A stretch of DNA of 33,827 nucleotides from Jimgerdemannia flammicorona (GCA_003990765.1 RBNJ01000297.1:1-33827); one strand, 5' to 3'; counted from the first letter of the stretch, positions 1-14,502 are shown. Made by a program: numbers and translations. Notes: generated by a model from the sequence alone, not told the origin.

Positions 1-15
1 AAAAAAAAAAAAAAA

Positions 16-840
16 ATCGATGATGTAATCATCTATAGCAAGACATCTAAGGAACACCTGCAGTACATATAGCAGATAATGGAAAGACTGAGAAAGCATG
101 GCCTGTATATCAAGTCTAAGAAATGCAAATTTGCAGAAATCAAGATCTCCTACCTTGGCCATGTTATCAATCAAGATGGAATGCACATGGACCCCCTCAA
201 GATACAAGTAGTAGCAGCATACCCAAGACCCACTACTATTATGGAAGCCCAAGCCTTTATGGGACTCACCTCCTACTATTACAGATTTATCAGAGGATTT
301 TCCAATATTGTAGGTCCAATCTATGAACTCAACAAAAAGAATACTAAGTTCCAGTGGACTGGCAGACAACAAAAAGCATTTGATGAACTCAAGATCAGAC
401 TGATCCAGGCACCCATCCTCAGACAACCCAATTGGACTCAAGAGTTTATCCTTCAGACAGATGCAAGTATACAAGGACTAGGAGTAGTTCTAGCTCAAAA
501 GGAAGACAAAAAAGAGTATATCATTGCATATCTTAGCCATGGAACCCAAGGAGCTGAAAAAGAATATGAATCCTACAAGTTGGAATACCTCACAGTTATC
601 AGGGCTGTGGAAAAGTTCTATTACTATCTGGCTGGAAAACACTTCACCATTCAGATAGACCACTCAGCTCTCACCTGGCTACTGACAACTGGACAACCCA
701 AAAGAATCTATACCAGATGGATAATGAAGTTATAAGCCTATGATGTAACCATTGTATATCACCCTGGAAGAATAAATTCCAATACAGATGCTCTCTTACG
801 GACACCTCAAAATACCTCTAACCAACAAAATCAATTATGA
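16..840 (+). pseudogene. Reverse transcriptase C-terminal part plus RNase H of gypsy copy 1
   Basis: One frame from IDDVIIYS through ORF 79..735 to NTDALLRTP (NADALSR motif), ending TGA 838-840; internal TAG/TAA stops explainable as CAG/CAA to TAG/TAA. Confidence 0.92.
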
Positions 841-2021
841 ATAAGGAGCTCTATTACAGAATCATCACATATCTGGGACAGCAAAAGATGCCCCAACATC
901 TGAAAGAATAGACATAAATGATTATCAACAGAACATGGAAACAATTCAAAACTGATAGACAAACACTGAAGAAAGAAAAACTACTAGTTATACTAGAGCA
1001 TAAGAAGGAGTAAACAATGAAATCAGTACATAAACTTGACTATCTAAGAGAAATAAATATATATAACAAAACAAGAAGAATGATATAGTGACCAGGAATA
1101 GAGAAAGATATCAGACAATTTGTCAAAAACTGTGACAAATACCAGAAACAGAAACAAGACCAACAAAACCAAGCCCCAGGATCAGCATATATAGAACTAG
1201 TACTATTTGCCCACATAGCAATGGATGTAATCAGCCCTCTACCCTTGACCCTGACTGGCAACTGATATATCATTATCATTATAGACCTTTTTATGAAGTG
1301 GATAGAAGCAGGACCCCTCAAGGAAGCCAATGCATAGTCAATTGCCAATTTCTTCCACAAAGAAATCATCTGCTGGTTCAAGACCCCAATGCAAGTAAAT
1401 ACAGATAGAGGAACAGAATTTGTGAACCAGTTCTTTGAGGTTCTTTACAAGAAGTACAAGATCCAGCACATTCAGACTACAGCCTATCACTCTCAAGGAA
1501 ATAGACAAGCAGAAAGGACCAACAAGACCCTCCTCAAGCCAAGATCTATGATAACTATGAAAACTGGGATCACTATCTGCTAATAGCATTATCTGCTCTC
1601 CGAGATATCAGATCACAAAGTACCCACTTTACCCCTCGAGAAATGCTATTTGGAAAAGAAAGTTCTCAAAACACCCTATCATCCAATAGAGATACTATAT
1701 GGAAACATATGGATGGAGAAATATAGAGACTATACCAAATCAGAAAGAAGGCTGAGGATTACATAATGAAGGCACAGGCACTACAATGAAAGAATATGGA
1801 AAAACCTGGAGATTATCAAGATAGGAGACAAGGTTTTGGTATATCAGAATATGGTAGAAGTCTCATGATCATGAAAACTAGAGCCCAAGTGGGAAGGACC
1901 TTACCTTGTGCAAGATATAAAAGGAACCACCTTTTGGCTACAAAAACTCTCAGGCACAATCATCTCCACTACTATTTACTGAAACTGACTCAAGAAGTAT
2001 CATGACCAGTCAACAAAGTAA
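837..2021 (+). pseudogene. Integrase of gypsy copy 1 (HHCC relic, DDE core, GPY/F motif, no chromodomain seen)
   Basis: ATG 837 MNKELYY; FVKNCDKYQ, IAMDVI, TDRGTEFVN, NRQAERTNKTL, LEPKWEGPYLV; several stops and a frameshift near 1530; exact 3' end uncertain (2021 or 2098). Confidence 0.9.
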
Positions 2022-2097
2022 TACTGCTGCCCTCAGAATTACTAGTGCAGCCCAGTGAACCATTGAAAGACAGTAGTGTTCTACCGAGCCACCAATA

Positions 2098-2463
2098 ATG
2101 GAAGAATCCTTTGACAGTATCCAGAGTATAGTGCAAACACACTTGTCATGAATCTCACATTCCAAGGTCTACTAGAACTGAACTGAATTCCAGGAATACT
2201 TCAAGTTGGGACAGCTATTGAATTCAAAACTGAAGATAGGAAAAGAAGACTGGATCAGAGAATGTCAGCTCTCCTACACTCAGATTACAATTGCAAAAAA
2301 AGTATATAAGTTATTTAAAGATAATGAGTCAGCCTTAGCCCATTTCCAAGGAGTAACCCCAGGAGACTTTGGATATGTCAAGAGACAACATTGGAAGAAT
2401 GTAATGATACAAATCGCATAGTATAAGGAAATACAAATTGTAGAAGCCTGGGAATTTGAGTGA
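2098..2463 (+). pseudogene. Extra ~121-codon ORF of unknown function between integrase and PPT
   Basis: Single frame MEESFDSIQS...EYFKLGQLL...IAKKVYKLFKD...EAWEFE*; the four internal stops (TGA, TAG, TGA, TAG) revert to CGA/CAG; includes track ORF 2206..2421. Confidence 0.65.
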
Positions 2464-2494
2464 ATAGGATACTCCTGAGATGAATCACCTATTC

Positions 2495-2504
2495 AGGAGG
2501 AAGA
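2495..2504 (+). other. Polypurine tract
   Basis: AGGAGGAAGA directly before TGTGACA. Confidence 0.75.
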
Positions 2505-2972
2505 TGTGACAGCTGATTCGAATTAGTAACATGAAACAGAGAAATTAGACATTTGATCATGGTACCTGAATCTGATTTTCAATATAGCTTAGCCTCATAA
2601 AAATAGTAGCTATATTCTGCAAAGTGTAGAAACTTTAATGTTTGCAAAGATTTAGGAGATATTAGAATCTTTGCAATCAGCAAAATCTTAGCAGATGTTA
2701 AAAGATTCAACACTTATGAAATGAGTCATTACTTAGCCACCTTATAGTTAGCAAAACTTATATAAATAACTCAGTATCTTAGAGTGAATAAACCTCAGAT
2801 CGAAATAGTTTAAAAGCAAAGAGATAGCAAAGGAACTAGTAAGCCTGCAGGCAGATACACTTCAGACTCATCTACCCCTATATCCCAAGGACTCCGAGGA
2901 GTCAGAGAAGATTAAGTATTCAAGATATAGAAATCCAACATACTTTCAAGAGTAAGCATCTGCTATGTTACA
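2505..2972 (+). repeat. 3' LTR of gypsy copy 1 (~468 bp)
   Basis: Starts TGTGACA, ends TGTTACA (imperfect inverted termini); TATAAATA near 2761 and AATAAA near 2787; unrelated protease relic begins right after. Confidence 0.8.
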
Positions 2973-3350
2973 ATATCTATATAGAGATACATATTAGAGA
3001 TAAAAGACAAAAATTCTCATTAATATAAGAGCAGCTATCTGTATTATTACTAAATAATTTCTAGATACTCTCCAGTAGCCCATTGATAGACCATCTAACC
3101 TCAGTATTATAATAGTAGATAGAGTCCAAACTCAAACTCTTAGAGAAGTACAAAACATCACTATCTCTTTAGAATATATTCAGTTTTCTATTCTAAAAGC
3201 TATTATTACTAAAGCTGTTATCTATGATATAATCCTTGGTACTAACTAGATAAAGGAAATAAATACAGTTATTAATATTAGTCAATAGATGCTCAAATTC
3301 AACTATAGAGAAAAGAAGTATAGAATTAAAATAATTAGCTATAAGTAACT
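2973..3350 (+). pseudogene. Heavily mutated retroviral-type aspartic protease of an older LTR element
   Basis: Frame from 3013 reads ILINIRAAICIIT...TLREV...YDIILGTN*I; reverting transitions gives ILIDTGAA...LGEV...DIILGTNW, the retropepsin DTGA and ILGxDW motifs; followed by a GAA-rich acidic linker. Confidence 0.7.
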
Positions 3351-5909
3351 AAAGAAGAAGAAGAGAAGAGTATATATATCAGTAGTAAAGAATCTACTAT
3401 AGAAGAAGAAGAAGAAGATAGAAATAATTCCAGACTCAACTCACAAATCAATCTAGTAGATAATAAATCAGAAGACAATATAAGTATAGAGTAAGAAGTA
3501 GAAGAGAAAAATATTATTTATTATTTCAGATAGTATATATTTATGTATTGAGTAATATAACTTAAAGATAATATAGTTTATATAAACTATATTATCAAGA
3601 TATCAAAATAATAGAAATTTTAACAAAATTTACTATTAAAAGTTATATAATATGATTTATAAATTAGTTATACTAATATTAAGTCAAGAGTAATTATAAA
3701 ATAGCTATATCTATAAATTATAAAGTCTATATAATATAATATTAAATAGCTTCAAAATATATAAATACTTATATTCTAGAACTATAAAACTATATTTCTT
3801 TTACTAAGATCAAATTTTATAATAAAGTTAATCTTTAAATTTCTTAATCTATTTTAAAAAGTTCTATTAAGTTAATAAAGAGCTCAATCTCTGAATATAA
3901 ATATAAATTTAAAAAAGTAATAATAATTATTATATATATAAGTAATAGTATATAAGAATATTCTTTTTAAATTTCTTCAAATAAAGATAGAGTAGACTAA
4001 GTAATTTATAAATAGTACTCTGATCAATTATTTTCTATAATATATTTCAAACTAAGAGAGATCTATAGATAAATAGATAACTGATAGATTCTGAGTCTTG
4101 GATTAAAACCTTCTTCTAGCTTAAATTAGTAATTATTTTAGATATTTTAGAATATCTTCTTTTAGAAAATAATTCTCTTTTTCTAATATAGAGAATTTAA
4201 GTATATACTTACTAGTTGAATTTTTATATAATATAATAGCTAAAGTAGTTGATAGAGTAGTAGATTGCTCAGCAACTTCTTATAGTATTTCTATAGTATA
4301 TAGCAGTCTTTTAAAGATATTTATAATATATACTTATAAGATAGTCTTGTTAATTATCTTAAAAGAGAGAAGAATAATATTTAGATAAGATGAGTTCAGT
4401 ATTTTTGGCTTCTATAATGATATAGTTACTTTTAATATAATTAGCTACTAAAATATTAAGCTAATTATAGTCTTTCTTAGAGAGATAGATAATATCTCAA
4501 AAGATTACTCCTTTAAGATAAGTAATAATCCAGAGTATATAGTAAAATATCTAATAGATATAAAGAGTAATTTAATTTTCTAATATCTAAAGTTTCTTAA
4601 TAAGATCTTTTTAATTATTATTATTAATTTCATTATAGAGATAGTAACTAGTTTTATAATTATACTAAAGAATAAAATAGATCTTAATTACTTTAAGCTA
4701 GTACATATAGTATAGTATTACAGTAATTGATAAAGTGATCCAGATCTTCTATATAGAAGTTAAAGTACTTAATAGTATTTAAATATTAGCAGACTATCTT
4801 AATAGTTTTGAAGATATATACTTTAAGACTAAAAATAAAGATAAAATAGTAAACTATTTAACAAATAGAGACTATTATAATTAATACTAGTTTGAATGAT
4901 TTTTATAGAAATCCTAAATAATAGAAATAAAGTTTCTAATAGTTTAGTTTATAAATACTAAGATTTGTAATTTAGTTTAACAATTTAGATAAGATCTTCA
5001 GATAATATTATTTGATAGTTATATTATCTTATTACTGATAAGAGCTAAATTTAATATTCTAAAACTTAGTATCTTTTATTTTAGTTTTAAATTATACTAT
5101 ATTAATATAGTATAGTATATTAAACTAAAAACCAAACTAAAATAAATTAAATCAAAATAGTAATTAGCTATTTATTAAATTAAGTTAAAATAAGTAAATT
5201 AACTATAATTATTAATAATAAAGTAGATATACAGTTATAACTTTAAAGGTCAAATAGCTTAATTTTTACAAAAAGATCAAATTTACTAATCTGATAATTA
5301 TATAACTTAATAGTTTAAGATTAAATTAAAAGAGCTAAGAAAAATTAAATTAAATTAAATTAAATAAATTAAAAGATATAGTTAATTTAAAAAATATATA
5401 TATAATCTAGTTTAAGATTAATTTAAAAGAGAAAGATTAAAATCAAATTAGAAGATATAGTTTAAAAATTATAATTTTAATCTTTTTTAAAATTTATAGA
5501 TTTTTTATTTTATTTTATTAATAATATATTATTTAAATTTTTAAATTTGTAATATATTTAAATACTAAAATTTAATTATATAATTCTAGCTCAAGATTAT
5601 CAAATTTGAATAATAATATACTGAGATATAAAATAAAAAAGCTTATAGTTAAAGATAATTATAAAAAGTAGCCAAATTGTATAAAACTTAGTACTTTAAA
5701 AGAATATTAAATTATAACTAAAATATCTATATATTAGTTATCTAGTAGAGAATTTTCATTCTTATTTCATTTTGCTAAAAGACTTAGAAAAATATTTATT
5801 TTCATACTAAACATAAAAGATATTCTAAAAATTTATTACTATTCAATTAAGACTACTTATCAGAATAGCAAGTAATTTTCAGGAGAAATTATCGCGGAAC
5901 CTTTCCCTG
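3350..5909. repeat. Extremely AT-rich decayed repeat, possibly a DNA-transposon (hAT-like) relic
   Basis: Essentially no CpG until ~5893, TpA-rich, no ORFs; (AAATT)n arrays near 5120-5370; ends in CCCTG at 5905-5909. Family assignment is speculative. Confidence 0.45.
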
Positions 5910-6067
5910 CATCCTTAAAGCAGTGGTGGCTAGTAATGGTCAATTATGTCTATCTGAGCCCATCAATATATCACATTCGAGATCTTTTGTTTTATTCTCA
6001 TGCCCCGAAAATGAATTAGAGCGACATGGATGAACGCCTCTCCTATTTCATCCTTTTTGTTCTTGAT

Positions 6068-8794
<2,727 letters not shown>

Positions 8795-9431
8795 TGTTTC
8801 GTGTTAAGGACGAATGATTGAGTTTGCGGTATGAATGAGGCTTTGTGTTGGAGAGAAATGAAGAGGGGAAGAGAGGATTCTCAATGTCTTTGAAGCTAGG
8901 CAGGTTTCTTACCCAAAGAGAAGGAGAGGAGGAGAAGTAACGCGCCAGGTAGGAGACCGCCTGCTTTTGTACAAATTTTTGATATGAATTAAGGAACTAC
9001 CAAGGTCACCCGATACGGATCGTTCCAATCCTCATCCGATTAATCGTATGAAACAAAAGAAAATTAGGGATACAGAGGCCACAGGACATACCGGGGAAAG
9101 CCTCGCTCTGGAGGCAAAGGAGAGTGAGCGCAGCATGGTTATGGCCGGTTGGTGCAGGGGCGGATAAAGGAGAGGGATGCTGGGCTTGTCAATCTAGCAT
9201 GTCAGGGTTTCCGATTTGTGCCGTTTTCGGGATTTGGTCCAGGGGCCTGTGCCTGGGACGCGCCTTTTTTTTTTTCCACGGACACACCGCCAGCCACTGG
9301 TGACATCAAGATGACCATTTTGGGAATGGAGTTTAGAAACCCTGTTACATTTTTATTTCTAAAGGTATTGTCCCTATTACTGTCACCATTTTCGCTTCGC
9401 GTCACATGTTACGAATTGGCCATTGACTTCA

Positions 9432-10524
9432 TCAGGGCAAAGAATATTCAACCATCTGGAATGGCAACGATTTTTTGTAAGTCAATGGTCAGCCGAGCAT
9501 ATCTGAAGTAAATGTGTCCACACATTTGACCGAGATACAATAAAACTCGTAGCCACCACTTCTACCGACGTAACAAATAATATCAACTCCCAACACTTAC
9601 ATTCTTGGGACCCATGAACGCTAACCAATCGGACGCTGTCGTAGGTAATAAGCCCATGGCCGAGCACTTGTATACCCCCATAGCGATGAGCCCCAACTGG
9701 AAGCCCACGAAAGCTAGCTTGGGCATCAACAGGTTCGTGTCTCGTGATTTGGACGGGGTGGTGCTCTCGAACTTTGCGAAAACTGAGGTTTACAATATGA
9801 AGGCGGGATTGTGAGACAAGAGACCAAAAAAAAAAAAAATTGAACAAATCCCCGAGAATCTGGCATGGTGTATCCATGAATGTAGACATTTAGCAAATAC
9901 CTTGGCTGATATTGGCGATCGCCTTAAAGGGCTGCCAGAACAACATGACGGTGAACATGACGGAGAAAATCTGAACGCCATTGCCGGTCATCCACATCAT
10001 GAAGGCTTGCATCGGGATCGCCTTGCCGGCGGCCATAGCGGCATCCCATGCTTTCTGAAGTTGTGTGACATGGAAAGACCGTTAGACAAATGGCTTGCGA
10101 GTCCGTCATTGTGTACCAAAAATGGGGTTGAATGCAGTAAAATTGACCAAAGTGCCTGTATACCTTGACCTTGAGGTCGGCAAAGTCGTCCTGGTTGGCG
10201 CCAGCTTTCACGGATTTCTGGTGTGTGGTATGTGGTCATGGGTATGTGGTTTCCGAAAAAATGGGACGGTGCAAAGGACAACAAATTCCGGCAGTATACC
10301 TGTTGAGTCTTCGACAAAGACCCAGGCGCCGCGTGCGCGAAACCTGGGGGATCCATGATGGTCTGGCTGCCACGCTGCCTAGGGATGTGAGGACATCGAA
10401 TGGCTTAAATTCAGGCCTCTTTTGCTCCCAAAAGTGGCATGCGTACATAAAGAACATACCTCACTGGCTCGAGGGTAGCGAAATCGACGGTCCACTTATT
10501 CTGCGCTTCGTACCGTTTCGACAT
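9432..10524 (-). CDS. EMC4: ER membrane protein complex subunit 4 (TMEM85 family), 6 exons, 185 aa
   Basis: Exons 10524-10460, 10378-10300, 10217-10164, 10054-9901, 9782-9601, 9455-9432; protein [15 protein letters not shown]...DPPGF...[39 protein letters not shown]...[19 protein letters not shown]...VEYSLP. Confidence 0.93.
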
Positions 10525-10653
10525 GTGTCAAGGTCTTCCTCTGAACATTGGATTTCTGTTGACGTGTTGCGTCACCGCCTGAATAGAGTCTACGTCATCG
10601 ATTCGACAGGCTTTTGTGACCGACAACTCTACTGCATCCATCTGGCTCAAAGG
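10525..10653. promoter_or_regulatory. 129-bp divergent interval between EMC4 and UBA2 start codons
   Basis: ATG on minus at 10524 and ATG on plus at 10654. Confidence 0.7.
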
Positions 10654-13600
10654 ATGTCGACACGCGATTCTCACTCGAACGCCATCCTCGGTAAACCTCT
10701 ATTCGAGCGCGTCGCATCCTGTCGGGTGCTCATGGTTGGCGCCGGCGGTATAGGTTGCGAGCTTCTGAAAAATCTGGTCCTTTCAGGCTTCAAAAACGTT
10801 GAAGTTGTGAGTACATTTATCGGTTGAGGTTACTGAGGAGAGATTGCGAACTTTTTAATTTTCCGTTTTATAGAGTTTGGAAAATAGAAAACTATTTTAA
10901 TGGGTTTTATGAATAAAGTGTTCTCATTCTCATTCTGGCCTTTACTTTTCTATCATAACTTTTGCGAGCTAGGTCGACCTCGATACCATCGACCTCTCAA
11001 ATTTGAACAGGCAATTTCTTTTCCAAAAACAACATATTAAAAAGTCCAAAGCCCACGTATGTCTGACTGATTCGTTGTTCTTAATCTATGATTTGAGAGC
11101 CATACCTAAACAATTCGCAATATGCTTTGATGTTGATCATCTGTATTCGTAGGTTGCCAAAGAATCCGCCCTCAAATTCAATCCCTCTGTCAACATCACC
11201 TCCCACCATTCTAACATTAAAGACCCTCATTTCAATGTCGAGTGGTTCAAATCATTCGATATCGTCATGAATGCGTTGGATAACCTCGGTAATTTTCCGC
11301 GCGATCATGACCACGCTTATACTTGTGAGCACACCATTGAATTTACCTTCCGTTTCAATGCCGTAACATCCCCACAGATGCACGAAGGCACGTGAACATG
11401 ATGTGCCTGGCCGCGGATGTCCCACTCATCGAATCAGGCACCACAGGGTATCTGGGGCAGGCATACGTGATCAAAAAGGTTGAACTCTTGATTCCATAGT
11501 CAAGCTTGCTTATGGCGTCTCATTGACTTCGAGGTTGAATTTACCATTTTCCCTGGTAGCCCTTTTTTCACAAAAGTCAATTGTAAATTCCGATTTCAGG
11601 GCCAGACGGAGTGCTTCGATTGCAGTCCTAAGCCTACACCCACGACCTACCCGGTCTGTACGATTCGTAGCACGCCCAGCGCTCCCATTCATTGCATCGT
11701 TTGGGCCAAGAGCTATCTGTTCAGGTGAGTCACGTTAATCGCAGGCCAGGTTCGCGTGTGCTGAGTGCAAGGAGTGCATATTGGAAGACCTTTCTGATAT
11801 TATTTATACCTTTTGCGCCGATTGTATCAAGTCAATTGTTTGGTAAATCAGAGGACGAAGACGAAGAGATATTAGACAAGGAGCTTACGGAAGAAAATGG
11901 TGAGTGCATTGCGGAAGAGCGATCTCCCTATGCGTTGGTATCGGATACCTATGGCAATAATGCAGGTTCTACGTTGCCAATATCGCCGAACTTGGTTGGC
12001 ATGCTATTATAGCCAAAGAAATTGAAGCACTGAAACAGGAGACAGAGGAATTGAAGGCTATTAAAGCGGCAGCAGGAACGGACGAGTACGCAAGGAAGGT
12101 GTTTGACAAGGTGATCTTCGAGACATATTGATTCGGTACATGCGATTCGATACGTATCGCCGACCTACTGTCCATCTTCACTGTCTCACTTCGAACATGC
12201 GGGTGATTCGTCAAAATACCGATCTGAATTCTCCCATTACCACTTTTTCACTAAACCCTTCACAGGTCTTCACCACCGACATCACTCGGCTTCTCTCAAT
12301 GGAGGACATGTGGAAGACACGCAAACCGCCCACACCGCTGCATTTCGACGAGCTGCGCGATATGATGGACACGCGTGTCGTTGATGGGCCTTCGCAGGGT
12401 GTCGGGTTGAAGGATCAGCAGGTGTGGACGATCAAGGAGGATTTCGACGTGTTTCTAGACAGGTATGTGTTCTTATGCCCCACGCACATGCCATGCTACC
12501 ATCACCACCAGCCTTCTCGTGTATGGCATGAAGTTTTTTTCTTTTCTTTTCCGCAGCCTCCAGCGCCTCTCCACACGCCTTGCGAACGACAAGGGTGCTG
12601 ATCCCGAAGCCGTACTTTCTTTCGATAAAGACGACGACGATGCGCTCGATTTTGTAACGGCGACGTCGAATCTGCGCGCCCGAGTGTTTGGTATTCAGGA
12701 GAAGAGTCGGTTCATGATTAAGTGTAAGTTTACTTTGCTCATTAGCCTTTGAAGTAAACATAATGCATGATGCTTTCGATTAGCTTTAATTGTTCGGACA
12801 ACACAGCCATGGCAGGTAACATCATTCCGGCTATCGCCACGACCAACGCCATCGTCGCCGGTGTGGTGGTGATGCAAGCTTTCAAGGTGTTAAATGGACG
12901 ATTGGAGGATGCGAAGAGGGTATCTGTTTCATTTTATTTAGTGTAATTTATTCATGGGTTGCATACTCAACTAGGCAATCCTTTCCGAGAGGCTTTTTCA
13001 ATGTGTATTTACTTTAGGCTTAAACAACCATCGGCTAACACATTTTCTGTCCACCTCCTTGCGCAACAGACGTACCTTCGACCCGGTACACGCGCCCCGC
13101 AGCTTTTGTACCTTGAAGCAAACTCAGCGCCCAACCCTAAATGTCCGGTCTGTCAAAACACGAACGTCGGCCTCAAGATCGACGTGCATAAGGCGACGCT
13201 GGGGGACCTGGTGACGAAAGTGGTGTGCGCTTCGGAAGAGGAGGGTGGGATCGAGCTTGGGGAAGAGGTCGCGATCACTGAGGGCGGGAGGTATGTTTCT
13301 TTGTTCATTTGTCGGTTGCTTCGTGGCGGTTTGCTGGGGATTTTGGATTTATGCGTGATGGAATCGTCATTTCCTTGTTATTAAAACAAATGTTCAACTT
13401 CGCTCCTCTATAGGATGCTATATGATGTTGAATTTGAAGATAATCTTACCAAGACACTAGCAGATCTTGGTGTGGTAGACGGCAAGATGGTGAGCGTCAC
13501 GGCGGAGGACGATGAGGGCAAAGAGCCAGTGGTGTTGCTAATCCAGCATTGGTGAGTTTTTTGTAATTCATTTATCGATTGGCAGAGATACAAACCATTT

Positions 13601-13919
13601 TCTAAGCCACCCCATTTTTTGCATTGGCATTTCCAGCCCAACAACCGACTTGAACGGCAAACTCTTCGCCCTCACTGGGCCCATTCACATTCGCCAGCGC
13701 CCCACCCTGCCAATGGTGGAGGCGAAGGCGGAAGGAGCGGGGAAACGCAAGGCGCCCTCGGACGGTAGCGGCGACGCGGAGGTCGGCAGCTCCAAGAAGC
13801 GCGCGGTCGGGTTGGGTGCGGCACCTGAGAGGCAGGAGATTGTGGTGGGCGAGGATGAAGTAGTGATTACGGAGGATGGCGAGCGGAAGGAGTTGTTTGT
13901 GATCCTTGACGATGATTGA
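10654..13919 (+). CDS. UBA2: SUMO-activating enzyme E1 subunit 2, 13 exons, ~627 aa
   Basis: Exons 10654-10806, 10973-11056, 11153-11288, 11378-11478, 11600-11724, 11832-11899, 12013-12110, 12266-12462, 12557-12723, 12807-12919, 13070-13290, 13414-13551, 13637-13919; [22 protein letters not shown], catalytic PVCTIRSTP (Cys codon 11657-11659), [20 protein letters not shown], CxxC pairs. Confidence 0.96.
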
Positions 13920-14502
13920 GTTGCGCTTTTGCTGATCAATAGATGGGGTCTAATGATTGAGCAGGACCTTGATTTCCCCTCTAATCATCACACAATTAAA
14001 AATGTTTTCCAACGTGCATATACCACACGAACCGAGCCCTCACGCCCTCCATACCGAAGGGACACTAGCTGTCGCCAGCCGAGTCAATGGCAACGCACAA
14101 TGCCCGAACTGTCAATGTGAAATGAAATAGAGAGCAGAGCTACCCGTATCCAATGGAAACCAGTAAACAAACGCCAAGTACAGAAGCGCAAAAATTCGCA
14201 AACTTTATTGCAACGACATGAAGTGTGGGAAAACCACTGCAGACTGCAAACAACTAAACGAAGTAAACGCGGCTAATACTAAACCGAAAATCATTGTTCT
14301 TTCCCTTTTTTTTGTACAAACCCTGCAACACTAGAGAGTGATGACGCTGTCTTGCACTCCTATACTACCCAACAGTACTATCGTCCTTTTGCAAGACTGC
14401 TACTTTAAGTACTTGAGAGCTCCGTACACGGATGATTTACTTTTTCAACCAACGTCCATCATCCCGGCAAAAAACCTAATCGTTATACCTCCAAGTACGC
14501 AG

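Larger units (their letters stand above)
16..2972 (+). mobile_element. Ty3/gypsy LTR retrotransposon, 3' half (RT-RNase H, integrase, extra ORF, PPT, 3' LTR), decayed; copy 1
   Basis: Domain order RT-RH-INT; motifs IDDVII (16-33), YLGH, LQTDAS, TDRGTEF, W-GPY; purine tract followed by TG...CA LTR. Confidence 0.95.

Noticed and set aside
2098..2463. env gene
   Set aside because: Too short; no signal peptide, furin site or TM helix.
4080..4420. Minus-strand hAT transposase-like words (LNSSYL, FNPRLR)
   Set aside because: Too degenerate to distinguish from chance by eye.
10165..10653. Long N-terminal extension of UBA2 from ORF 10165..10827
   Set aside because: TTG start, overlaps EMC4 exons antisense; Uba2 homology starts at Met 10654.
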